DNA from: a virus | DNA length: 64,000 bases | Virus record (IMG/VR): IMGVR_UViG_3300040801_004428 | Coordinates: 1-64,000 of that record | Strand: one strand, 5' to 3' | In this document: one piece after another, positions 48,898 through 58,213 of the stretch | How positions within the stretch are numbered: the stretch's first letter is position 1 | Layout of the letters: each line of letters opens with the position of its first letter | Position numbers and translations under genes: made by a program | The notes under the pieces: model-generated | Database searches by the model: none | Seen by the model: the letters and a program-made list of their open reading frames with translations, nothing else | Told to the model about the DNA's origin: nothing

Positions 48898-50805
48898 TTA
48901 CCCATCACAGGCCGAGCAATCTCCGGTAATTTCTCCCCCTGTGAGTTGATCATACCCACCTATAAACACGCCATTTTTCCAAATCTGCGGGAACGTCACC
49001 CCACTTTTTACTCTATCCACTGAGTCATCTCGATCCCCACTAGTGAAGGGCAAATTCCGCTCCTCCAACCACGCGAGTGCTTTCTCACACCACGGGCAGC
49101 CCCGTTTTGTGATTACATGATAATTCACCGACTCCTCCCTGTAGGATCTGATTTTTTGTTTTGTTGCCGCATCGCTGTAGACGTAATACAAAGTTGGCAG
49201 GCCTAGTCTCCAAGCTTGCATATGGACATCATGAATAACCTGCGGGTGAGTATTCTCATCCATGAATAGGTTAATCGACTGAGTTTGTTCCAAATAAGGT
49301 TGCCGATCCGCGGCGAGGGTTACAATCACCATTTGGTCTAACTCCCTTGCGGTACGAAACACTTCGCGATCCAATGTCGACATCCAGGTTAACCCCTGAA
49401 CAGAGCCATTATGTTGTAGGACTTGCTCCCATGCGGAGCCTACCTCAACATCGGAGAGTTTATACGAATTACGCCAGCACTCTTCGAGGTACTTATTCTT
49501 CCGTTTGAATACACCCTTTGCGCCGTCACTAACGTAGTAGTTAGTCGCAATGGGGGTTACACCCGCTGAGACTGCTCCACAAATGGCGGAATTAGACACA
49601 GTGGGAGCAATTGCCGTGGTTTGTATATTCCTCCGACTAGTACTCTTGCACCATACAGGCACGCCTAATATTGAACCTAGTTTATAGCTCGCCAACCGGG
49701 TTTTTTCACCAATGAATTGGAAGATCTCTTTGTTATAAGCCCTCGCAACTGGAGAAGAAAACGCAACTCCTCTACGCATGAAGAACCCATGCAGGCCAAA
49801 AGCTCCCAACCCGAGAGGTCTACCCTTAATGGCATAAGTACGCGCTCTTTGCATTTCAGGCTCATTGGCGGTTTTGTCAATAAATTCCTGCATTACTGCA
49901 TCGAGAAAATAAACCCCCAACTCAGGCAGGGTAAGCCCTGACTCACCAACCCAATTTCTCCAATCATCATATAGTTCTAAATTAACAGATGCTAAGCAGC
50001 AAACCATCGAACGTTCATCAGTCGCAGCGGAGCTAATCTCTGTGCATATATTAGTCCCCGTGATGTACATCCCCTCATTTACTAAAGCCTCAGCGCGAGT
50101 CCTATTATGATTGTCAATAAAATGCAAGTATGGTACACCTGTCTCAATTCTCGTTTGCAGGATTTCAAACCACAAATCTGCGGCTTCCTTATCGTGGGGA
50201 ATCTTCTCCATGAAGGAATCACTAACATGGAGGCCAATATTCTGATAAATGTGCCTCCGATGATCGCCCACCGCGTGGTTTTTACTCCTCAATAGGTCGC
50301 GCACATCCGGGTGGTCAATATCCAAAAACATTGAAAACGCGCCGCGGCGTGTACCACCCTGAGAAACTTCATCCGCTGTGCGGTCATAAACCGTCATGAA
50401 TGAAACAGGCCCCGAGGCAATACCCCCACCGGCAATTTCAGACCCCCGAGCGCGCGCATTAAAGCCAATACCAACCCCACCGCCGCGTTGTGCCATTTTT
50501 GCAACTTCCGGCAAGTGGCCAAAAATCGAAGAAATGGTATCATCCGTATGCACAACAAAGCAAGAGATTGGCAGCGCCGCTGTGCCGCTGTTGAAATTTG
50601 CCGCGACAGGTGTTGCAGCACCCAACCAGGAGTTGAAAAAAGCCGTGCGGAGATCCTCTTCTAAGTGGGGGACTTTTCCATTGTAGTAGGTGACGGTGCC
50701 TTGGATTAGCCTCTCTAGGAGGTCTTCAGGCTCTTCGCCAGGTTGTAAGTAGCCGGATTTTAGAATTCGTCTGGATTCGTCGGTTAGATTAAGCTGTGCG
50801 TTCAT
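48898..50805 (-). CDS. nrdA: ribonucleotide reductase class I alpha subunit with C-terminal glutaredoxin-like domain
   Basis: Catalytic ..TNICTEIS.. (N-x-C-x-E), ..ISCFVV.., ..MVCCLASVNL.., and the radical-transfer ..PTLYYVY.. . These are followed by ..VITKRGCPWCEKALAWL...FPQIWKNGVFIGGYDQL.. and a terminal ..CSACDG. No ATP-cone. Confidence 0.85.
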   Translation of the reverse strand: MNAQLNLTDESRRILKSGYLQPGEEPEDLLERLIQGTVTYYNGKVPHLEEDLRTAFFNSWLGAATPVAANFNSGTAALPISCFVVHTDDTISSIFGHLPEVAKMAQRGGGVGIGFNARARGSEIAGGGIASGPVSFMTVYDRTADEVSQGGTRRGAFSMFLDIDHPDVRDLLRSKNHAVGDHRRHIYQNIGLHVSDSFMEKIPHDKEAADLWFEILQTRIETGVPYLHFIDNHNRTRAEALVNEGMYITGTNICTEISSAATDERSMVCCLASVNLELYDDWRNWVGESGLTLPELGVYFLDAVMQEFIDKTANEPEMQRARTYAIKGRPLGLGAFGLHGFFMRRGVAFSSPVARAYNKEIFQFIGEKTRLASYKLGSILGVPVWCKSTSRRNIQTTAIAPTVSNSAICGAVSAGVTPIATNYYVSDGAKGVFKRKNKYLEECWRNSYKLSDVEVGSAWEQVLQHNGSVQGLTWMSTLDREVFRTARELDQMVIVTLAADRQPYLEQTQSINLFMDENTHPQVIHDVHMQAWRLGLPTLYYVYSDAATKQKIRSYREESVNYHVITKRGCPWCEKALAWLEERNLPFTSGDRDDSVDRVKSGVTFPQIWKNGVFIGGYDQLTGGEITGDCSACDG

Positions 50806-52000
50806 AGGATAATTGTAGGGTTAGATACTTAACGGAGGGGATATTTCCAGTCACAGTTGCGCGGGCGTAGATTGCTCCATAGTTTGTAACAATAGGGTCG
50901 AGTATTGCCTGGATGGGGAATACTTCTACAATGGACTCTGCAGGATCGGAGATAATCACAGAATGGAGGGGACCATCTGCGGTGAAAATCTCCACGGTGA
51001 GGTAGTTACTCCCGTCGAAGAACGTCGTGGTTAGGTTGGGATCTTCGACGTCATACATCACGTGGAAGCTTACAATATTGTATTTGTACTCACTAGAGAG
51101 GGCTAACATGGCGGTGTCGGCTCCATCAGGGGTTATATCCCTAACAATGTCTCTAATCCCCGAACGGTAGTTCGAATCTGAGTACCAATAAACTTCTTTG
51201 GATTTCAACCACGGGGAGGTAACATCCGCCACGAGTGGAGGTACAATGTCGTCTACTACTGGCGCGTCGACAAACGTCGAGGTGTCTAAATCCCCAATGT
51301 CCGCCTGCACAATAGTAAGTCCGACATCCGAGGGAACAAACCCTCCTGTTGGTATGTGTCCCCCAGCGCCGGAAAGTGCCGCGTGGGAGGTAACATCTTC
51401 GCCCGTAACGGGCAACCAGGACGGTGCACCTGATTTGTCCAAATACTTGAGTTGATATGGACTGGTGGTTGAATCAAACCAGAGGTAGCCCTCAGGTAGG
51501 TCAGCGGTTCCTGGTGCGATGTTACCAATCTCGGCTTCGCCTTGGAGATAGATGGTTCCACCGGCAACTCGCCGGAAGGTTAGGTCCTCTATCTCTACTA
51601 TTGTACCACCGGAGGTACTTAAATCTAAGGAGGCGATAGAATCTGTGTCATCCACATAGTAGAGAATATTACCCACTTGTACTAACTCACCGGGGATCAT
51701 TGACACCGGCGCAACATCACGTGAGTGTAGGATAGCATTAACCGATCCATCAATTGTGAATCCAGCCAACGGCGCGGAATTTTGCCCAAGGAGGCTTCCT
51801 CCATCGAGGATAGTTAGCGCATTTTGGGAAATCCCCACTGTGGAGTGAACCCCATCGCCGGAACCCAACACCTTGGAGGTTACTTCCAAAATGCCAACGT
51901 TGCCTGGCGGAGATGCGGTAGCCGGAAAAGCGAACAGAACTGACCCGTAGGAGTCCTGTGGCGTGTAGCCGGCCATATTATGTTCGGGAACTAAAGTCAT
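50789..52000 (-). CDS. tail-fibre-like protein
   Basis: ATG at 52000 after GGAG (ATGA overlap with the upstream stop). Gly/Ser/Thr-rich beta-type sequence. The 3' end overlaps the RNR alpha start by 17 nt. Confidence 0.5.
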   Translation of the reverse strand: MTLVPEHNMAGYTPQDSYGSVLFAFPATASPPGNVGILEVTSKVLGSGDGVHSTVGISQNALTILDGGSLLGQNSAPLAGFTIDGSVNAILHSRDVAPVSMIPGELVQVGNILYYVDDTDSIASLDLSTSGGTIVEIEDLTFRRVAGGTIYLQGEAEIGNIAPGTADLPEGYLWFDSTTSPYQLKYLDKSGAPSWLPVTGEDVTSHAALSGAGGHIPTGGFVPSDVGLTIVQADIGDLDTSTFVDAPVVDDIVPPLVADVTSPWLKSKEVYWYSDSNYRSGIRDIVRDITPDGADTAMLALSSEYKYNIVSFHVMYDVEDPNLTTTFFDGSNYLTVEIFTADGPLHSVIISDPAESIVEVFPIQAILDPIVTNYGAIYARATVTGNIPSVKYLTLQLSYERTA

Positions 52001-52908
52001 AGTGTATCTCCTGGTTCGTAGCAATCCTTATAGGTGAGTAAAACCGACACGGTATTAGCCGCGGGCGGGGATCCGACCGGTTGGACGGCAATCCTAATTT
52101 GAGCGTAGTCAGTTCCGAGGTTTGTCAACAGGAGGTGGTCATTCCTTGAAGATTTAGACGGTAGAGCTGTGGTCCACGCTTGGGTGTTCAAATCATAGTT
52201 GGGGTCAATAATTGTAATTGAATCAAACTCGGTTAGTTCCACCCAGATGTTGTAATAATTCGTAGTGTTGAAAAACGACCCAGTTGCATACCCCGTGGCT
52301 TTTAGACCCGTAAGGAGGAGCTTATCCGTTGTGAATTCACCCACCGCGTCAGTCACCACATACTCAGTACTCAACGGGTTGAGAGAACTCACCGTTGTTT
52401 TGAGCACATAATCTCGTTCACTCATCCACACGGAGGTAGTTGCGTCCCAGATGTACCTCTCATGGTTTGGACCCACCCAGAGGAACCTCTGATTAGGGCC
52501 GAGAGTCCCACTTGGAGCTGCTGGAGCAGTGAGGCCATCCCCAGCGATGAAGTAATAAGGCGTGTATAGGTCTACATCCAATTCTAGCCACTCCGCACCG
52601 GTGGAAACAAACACGCGGTTTTCATCATTGGAGAGGTAGAGTACTCCTTTGTTGGTTGGTGTAGCTGCGGGTCTTAACGCTGTTGTGCCGTCCAACAACC
52701 GGTTGTATTGCGACTGTACGAAGGAGATCAGTGCGTTTGTTTCCTCAAATTTGGCATTGAGTTGGCGACGGGTGTATACAGACCCAATATTTGCTTTGAC
52801 GGAGAGTCCTCGCGCAACGTCTTCACAACTTGGGACACATTTTGCGCGATTGTCACCACAACAGGGTTTTAGAAACCCGTCTTCGAAATTCGGACTAGGT
52901 GGTTGCAT
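51997..52908 (-). CDS. tail-fibre-like protein with N-terminal CC-x6-C-x3-C motif
   Basis: 303 aa, ..KPCCGDNRAKCVPSCED.. then a coiled segment and a beta-rich C-terminus. Confidence 0.5.
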   Translation of the reverse strand: MQPPSPNFEDGFLKPCCGDNRAKCVPSCEDVARGLSVKANIGSVYTRRQLNAKFEETNALISFVQSQYNRLLDGTTALRPAATPTNKGVLYLSNDENRVFVSTGAEWLELDVDLYTPYYFIAGDGLTAPAAPSGTLGPNQRFLWVGPNHERYIWDATTSVWMSERDYVLKTTVSSLNPLSTEYVVTDAVGEFTTDKLLLTGLKATGYATGSFFNTTNYYNIWVELTEFDSITIIDPNYDLNTQAWTTALPSKSSRNDHLLLTNLGTDYAQIRIAVQPVGSPPAANTVSVLLTYKDCYEPGDTL

Positions 52909-53515
52909 TACGTTTGTTCCTCATCGGATGGTATAGGGTCTCACTTGGGTTGGTAAGACTAAGAGTTTTGTCCACAAATGCGCGAATATTCATCTCGCGG
53001 CAAAGATATGCGAGCATAAGATCCTGCGAATGGCGGTGCACGCCGAATTTTAGATACTCATCGTTAGGAGCGTGGGCTAGATCGCGCGCTGCGGGAACTG
53101 TAAAATTTAGGTATCCACCCATGGGGAGGTACAAACCCTCTCGGTCGTAGGTCCAATGAGCGAGGACAGACCTACTGAGGGTGTTAAAACTCGGAGGTAG
53201 TTTAGCATAACCGTTAATTCTAGTATCTGGGTCAATTTTCGTAATGACGGTTGGCCTATGTGTTAGAGCCTTCTTCAAGTAGTTTTGCGTCCAGGCGAAA
53301 CCCAACGTGGGTTGTTTCAACCTCATGGGGTTGTAATAAATTTTGAGGAATCGATCCTCGTTGTGGCACAACCGTGTGAGGTTCTTATCCCTATGATTGT
53401 CGTCTGAAATTGCGATAATCAAATCCTCGTTGCTTAGTGCGAGCAGGTTTAGTACATTAGTTACAGCTAAATCTGCATCTTGTTTTACAAAATTGATGAC
53501 CCAAACTCTTACCAT
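52895..53515 (-). CDS. possible GT-A-fold glycosyltransferase
   Basis: N-terminal beta-alpha-beta pattern ..VWVINFVKQDADLAVTNVLNLL...LIIAISDDNH.. (DxD-like). Start at ATG 53515 or GTG 53524. A weak call. Confidence 0.3.
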   Translation of the reverse strand: MVRVWVINFVKQDADLAVTNVLNLLALSNEDLIIAISDDNHRDKNLTRLCHNEDRFLKIYYNPMRLKQPTLGFAWTQNYLKKALTHRPTVITKIDPDTRINGYAKLPPSFNTLSRSVLAHWTYDREGLYLPMGGYLNFTVPAARDLAHAPNDEYLKFGVHRHSQDLMLAYLCREMNIRAFVDKTLSLTNPSETLYHPMRNKRNATT

Positions 53516-53991
53516 GTCATCCACACCTCGTTGTCGCTCACACTAGGGGCAAACTCTGCATTGAATAAATAACCCCCGGAGCCCGAGCCAGATACTTCAT
53601 AATGAACTTGGAATACATGATCGGGGAGTAAACTACCCCAAGCATAAGTATTCGCCCAAGAAAATCCCGACCAAAATTCCCACGCGGAGCCGTTCCACAC
53701 ATACATGAAGCTTTTCCCCGGAGTTGCGATATCTGGAAATGGTTCAGCTATTGGCATGTTGCGATAATAATAAACCCCGCTTGATCCGGTGGGAGTTGTG
53801 CCGGCGGTGAATGGGTCCACGGTGGAGTAAAACACTTCGGTGTCTCCACCCCCACCGCCACCTTCCGCTTGGGGGAAGATGCTCGCCGGCGCGCGATAAG
53901 TTACTCCTGATAAGGACATTGGGATCATGCCTCCCGAGGGGAGAGCGCTACCTCCGAAGAGAGGTAATTCGGTAATTCTTCTATCTGCCAT
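53509..53991 (-). CDS. tail-fibre/collar-like protein
   Basis: The N-terminus MADRRITELPLFGG.. is typical of fibre N-termini. Contains a Gly6 run. Confidence 0.45.
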   Translation of the reverse strand: MADRRITELPLFGGSALPSGGMIPMSLSGVTYRAPASIFPQAEGGGGGGDTEVFYSTVDPFTAGTTPTGSSGVYYYRNMPIAEPFPDIATPGKSFMYVWNGSAWEFWSGFSWANTYAWGSLLPDHVFQVHYEVSGSGSGGYLFNAEFAPSVSDNEVWMTW

Positions 53992-54812
53992 TATGCTGCT
54001 TGGTTTAAGGACAAAATTTTATTCAATCTAAAGGTGAAGGTGGTCCCATCGGTAATAAGCCCACCGTTGGGATTCTTCGCATATGCGAGTACATAACTAT
54101 CTTGGGCAACCATGAGCCCTAAAATAGGCAGGCCTGATTCAATCAAGAGATTGTCCCAAGTGAATAGGTCAACAGTTGGGACTAAAGAAACTTCCGCGTC
54201 TTCAACCACCAGGGTGACTTCCCCAATCGGTTTAGCCAAACCTTCTTCAACAAACCACTCCGAGCGGTCGGATGCAAGATGTGTTCCACCCGCGGGTTCG
54301 CCCGTAACTATGTACAGAGTAAGAGGATCAGTAGTAGGATTAAATCCCACCCCAGGACCGATAGTACCAGCAGAGAGGAAAGCCAAACTCGGTGAGTCGT
54401 TAAAGATAAATCGTGTAAATACTCCACTGTCCACGACAACGGTGTAATCAGCTCCATTGGGAACATAAGCATCAAATTGGTCAACAACTAGGATTTTATC
54501 ACCCGCGCAGATGGCGTACCCTACAATGGTTTCGCCACCCGTGTCAAGTGACGGGAATAGGAGGTCGAGCCCATTTGAGTCCACAATATCAAAGGTGTCA
54601 GTTATGTAGGAGATAACTTCACCAATAGGAGGGAGCGCAAGCGGTGCATATGTACCACCCGTGGGGGTTAACAAATCACCACGATTCTCAAGCTGCGCAA
54701 TTTGCAACCGATCGTAAGTCGCGGTGAGAAGTTCTACTTCGAGTAAATAGTTGCTCCAACTATCACCTTGGAGGATTAGAGCTTTTGAGTAGTTTGTTAA
54801 ACCTGTGGCCAT
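53991..54812 (-). CDS. tail/baseplate structural protein
   Basis: 273-aa ORF inside the structural operon. TAATG junction with the next gene. Confidence 0.45.
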   Translation of the reverse strand: MATGLTNYSKALILQGDSWSNYLLEVELLTATYDRLQIAQLENRGDLLTPTGGTYAPLALPPIGEVISYITDTFDIVDSNGLDLLFPSLDTGGETIVGYAICAGDKILVVDQFDAYVPNGADYTVVVDSGVFTRFIFNDSPSLAFLSAGTIGPGVGFNPTTDPLTLYIVTGEPAGGTHLASDRSEWFVEEGLAKPIGEVTLVVEDAEVSLVPTVDLFTWDNLLIESGLPILGLMVAQDSYVLAYAKNPNGGLITDGTTFTFRLNKILSLNQAA

Positions 54813-55777
54813 GTAATGCCCTCGTATATTGTGGATGGGATTTCGACAATTTGCCTATCTAATATTATATTACCATTGACCGTGTAGGTAATTTTCGCAT
54901 AGTTGTTGGGTAGCGCAAATCCGTCGTGATCCATGCCTTCGTAATTAATTGGAGAGCGCGCAACCGTGAAGGTGAATCCAGACTCGTTGGTCGTAGTACA
55001 CCAGATGATGCGATCCCCACCTTCGGTAATAAGAGTGTCATCATCATCTGTGAGAATAGCACACGATGATTGGCAACTATAAGTTGTGACTAACCCACAG
55101 GGGTTAAATCCCCCACAGTTTGAGGGATCCGCGCGGGTTATTGCCACAACGTCATCTTCAGGCCCAACACATGGACCCTGTGGAACAACATCCTTAAATC
55201 GTGGTCGAGCTCCCGGCGAATAGTACGTATCTACTACAACCCATGAGTTGCCACATATATCATCCATATACGAACTTGCGCAATTCATCGCCGCGCCAAA
55301 TGGGGTTGAAATATCTCCCCATTGGATTGTTAAATTCTCGTATGTGTCCTCCGAGCAGGAGGCTACTGGCGCGACGGATTGAAACGGTCCTTGGCACTTC
55401 TCCGACCAGCCTTGATTATAAAGGCCTTGAATACCTGTTTTGATCAACGCGGCGCCGAATCTATCCAAACAGCGGTATACCTCCCCACGGGTTGGCTTCT
55501 TCGGTGGGCAAACTCCACCCATTTCATCCGAATAGCGGAGATAATCAGCCCCTAGTTCAAACTTATTGATGCAACCTTCGCGCGTGTCAACTCGCAAACG
55601 GTATGTGCCATCAAGGAGTAGTTCCCACCCAAGAGAGACGCAATCCCCTGCATTAACAACCGGCAGTCCGGCTTGAAATGAGCCGGGATACCACCTATCA
55701 ACTCGCGGTCGGGCGTAGCAAGTCATCGAGCGTGTGGTACCCGAACAGGAGATTGAAGTAAGTCGTTTGTTATACAT
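54797..55777 (-). CDS. Cys-rich tail/baseplate structural protein
   Basis: 326 aa with about 18 Cys. Embedded in the structural operon. Confidence 0.45.
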   Translation of the reverse strand: MYNKRLTSISCSGTTRSMTCYARPRVDRWYPGSFQAGLPVVNAGDCVSLGWELLLDGTYRLRVDTREGCINKFELGADYLRYSDEMGGVCPPKKPTRGEVYRCLDRFGAALIKTGIQGLYNQGWSEKCQGPFQSVAPVASCSEDTYENLTIQWGDISTPFGAAMNCASSYMDDICGNSWVVVDTYYSPGARPRFKDVVPQGPCVGPEDDVVAITRADPSNCGGFNPCGLVTTYSCQSSCAILTDDDDTLITEGGDRIIWCTTTNESGFTFTVARSPINYEGMDHDGFALPNNYAKITYTVNGNIILDRQIVEIPSTIYEGITWPQV

Positions 55778-57704
55778 CTGACGTTAGCTCCAAAAATATG
55801 GTTTCTCTAATTGAGGGGTTACGCTCGCAGATTATTTCAACCCTAAAGGTGGTAGAACCCCTGATGGGAGTAAATTCCACAATGCCATTGCCAAGAATTT
55901 GTATATCAAACGTTTCAATCTCTGGATGGATGTTGATAACCCTTATTTTGGTATCCTCTACAGGTGCGCTAATACCTCCGAGAGCAAAAAGATCCAAACT
56001 AGTAGCTTCACTAAGGGTCTGCTGGATGACTTTATTAACGGCCACATAGTCTTGCGGATCCACCGTCTCATCGTAGCCAGATCCCGTTTCGTCCCATAAT
56101 CCATAGATTGGTTCTCCAATTGTGGATATTCCCGTCATGAAGTAAAAATACCCTGTTTTTATAGTCCTCGGGGAGCTATAAACATACACTGATTCCATGA
56201 CTCGGTTATATGCTTCTGAGTTCCTCTCATAATATGTGGGAATTCGCAGCTGAGGTCTAACATCAGGGGTTGACACCCTATCAATTCCCACCCTCAGTGG
56301 GGTTACATCCCCCACTTCGTCAGAAACCGCCGGGCGGGAGAACTTCCTCAAGCGCAGTGGCATGGTGAATTCACCCACATCGGGGGTTAGATGATCCGCG
56401 CGATGTCTCATCCCATTGAGGTTGAGCACATCAAAAAAGAAGTGCAAACACATGTAGGTGCCCTTCATGCGTTGGATTCCCTTCCAGCGGTCATAGCTAT
56501 GATAATAAGGAGCTCCCCAGTTTGAATTATACTGGTATCCGCCGTGGATGTAGGCATTGAAGGGGTATAAGTCTTTACGACCGGAGGTAAATCCGTTGTG
56601 GAGAATATGCCTTTTTTCAGTAATAGACAAGCTTACATAACTGCCGGTGAGATTATGCCAGTTTTTGTACAAAGGCGGGTCGCGGTCAGAATCAATGAAG
56701 CCGAAATGCTGCGCGAGCCAGTCTAAGACCATATGAGTTTTGGTCTTAAAATGTTCTAGTTCGATATATTCCGCGGAATTTAATCCGGGGATGGAGAGAT
56801 TCGATTCTGCGGCTAGCACTGTTTCGATGAAGTTCTCCCTCCGGCGAATACGCGCAGAGCAGGGGATAAACTGATAGCCCGCGCTCAATGGGTTTAGGTA
56901 ATCAGTGAAAAAATTGTCAATTGTTTCTTTGCCGACCTGGAGGGTTTCGTCTCCCGGTTCGGTCAAGTACTTCATGATGGGAGGTTCATAGGTTGTGTCA
57001 ACCTTACGCAGATCCTCAATATCAATGACTCTTCCCTCACGGGTTGTCATCCTATAAAGGGGAAACACCTTGGTTAGGTATTCCTCATCACAAGAGGCAG
57101 CCAACACACGTTCTTCACAAACTGGGAGAGTTTGCGTGTAGTCTCTAACCGCCCTTGCGGCGTAATCCTCATCACAGAAGAAAGTCGATATTCGGCTATT
57201 AACCCTATCGGGTAGCTCCCCACTGATTTGTAATACCCCTAAGTAGTCAACCCACACATGGAAGTTAGCATCACTTGGGAGTTCCACACTAAGGCCGGGG
57301 AAATTCACTTCATCGCCTTCTCTCCATTTGATGGTTGCTGATCGGAGGACTACCTTCTCCGAGACGTCCGTCCCCTCTTGGACGATATCCCCATTTGTGG
57401 TTAACATCACTCCGGAGCCCGCGCCCACGTAGGACCCCAGCGAATCGTATTCAACCCTCAACCAGGGGAATCTACTAATAAAGTAACCATCAACTTGGGT
57501 GATTTTATACTCTAAGATGATGCGTGCTTCGTCGTAATACTGCTCAACTTCTGGCCTCAACCAAATTGGGAGAGAATGATATGTGGGTCTGCCAACAAGT
57601 CCTGGTTCGCAGCATGTGTAGCGATGTACTAACGCGGACTTGCCACTCGGTCTGGAACCACGCCGGGGTGCCCATGGATCTGTTTGTAGTCGATTATTGA
57701 CCAT
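55770..57704 (-). CDS. large baseplate/tail structural protein
   Basis: 644-aa first gene of the leftward structural operon. The functional call is positional only. Confidence 0.4.
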   Translation of the reverse strand: MVNNRLQTDPWAPRRGSRPSGKSALVHRYTCCEPGLVGRPTYHSLPIWLRPEVEQYYDEARIILEYKITQVDGYFISRFPWLRVEYDSLGSYVGAGSGVMLTTNGDIVQEGTDVSEKVVLRSATIKWREGDEVNFPGLSVELPSDANFHVWVDYLGVLQISGELPDRVNSRISTFFCDEDYAARAVRDYTQTLPVCEERVLAASCDEEYLTKVFPLYRMTTREGRVIDIEDLRKVDTTYEPPIMKYLTEPGDETLQVGKETIDNFFTDYLNPLSAGYQFIPCSARIRRRENFIETVLAAESNLSIPGLNSAEYIELEHFKTKTHMVLDWLAQHFGFIDSDRDPPLYKNWHNLTGSYVSLSITEKRHILHNGFTSGRKDLYPFNAYIHGGYQYNSNWGAPYYHSYDRWKGIQRMKGTYMCLHFFFDVLNLNGMRHRADHLTPDVGEFTMPLRLRKFSRPAVSDEVGDVTPLRVGIDRVSTPDVRPQLRIPTYYERNSEAYNRVMESVYVYSSPRTIKTGYFYFMTGISTIGEPIYGLWDETGSGYDETVDPQDYVAVNKVIQQTLSEATSLDLFALGGISAPVEDTKIRVINIHPEIETFDIQILGNGIVEFTPIRGSTTFRVEIICERNPSIRETIFLELTSDV

Positions 57705-57735
57705 AAGAAAAAAACCTAACTAGGAGAGTATTACC
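57705..57735 (+). promoter_or_regulatory. A7-CCTAACT leader element (copy p)
   Basis: AAGAAAAAAACCTAACTAGGAGAGTATTACC-ATG(57736), a near copy of 10280..10311. Confidence 0.5.
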
Positions 57736-58197
57736 ATGGATCTCAACAAAGTCGTACGCGATAACAGCGCGCCAGTTGCTGCAAAGTTTATCTACGATTG
57801 TGTAATGGTAGCAAGCTTTGAGCTGAACTTAGCAAGAATGGCAGAGCTCCACCGGGAGGTGGCTAACGAACTGCTTATTCTGATCTTAGAGAACTACGAT
57901 GAATGTAAAGATCGGTTTCCCAACGCGGAAGCGTTAGTTCCAACCGAGCGGTTTGAAGGTATATCGTATAGAACCTTAATGCAGGAGTTCGACCCCGCAT
58001 ACGGGACTGCTCTCACGAATGAGGGACTGGCTATGGTGGTCAACCTCACAGAGATCGTCAGCCCCGGTCATCCAATCCTTCATGAAATTTTCCGCCTTTG
58101 GATAGGGAGACAAACAGAAATAAAGTATAACGAAACTGCACTTCGAAATACTCTGTTACGAATGTTGGCTGACTCTGGCGCACGAGAAAAAAGCTAG
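57736..58197 (+). CDS. hypothetical helical protein
   Basis: 153-aa ORF with AGGAG upstream. Confidence 0.65.
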   Translation: MDLNKVVRDNSAPVAAKFIYDCVMVASFELNLARMAELHREVANELLILILENYDECKDRFPNAEALVPTERFEGISYRTLMQEFDPAYGTALTNEGLAMVVNLTEIVSPGHPILHEIFRLWIGRQTEIKYNETALRNTLLRMLADSGAREKS

Positions 58198-58213
58198 TCT
58201 TAAGGAGACAACA

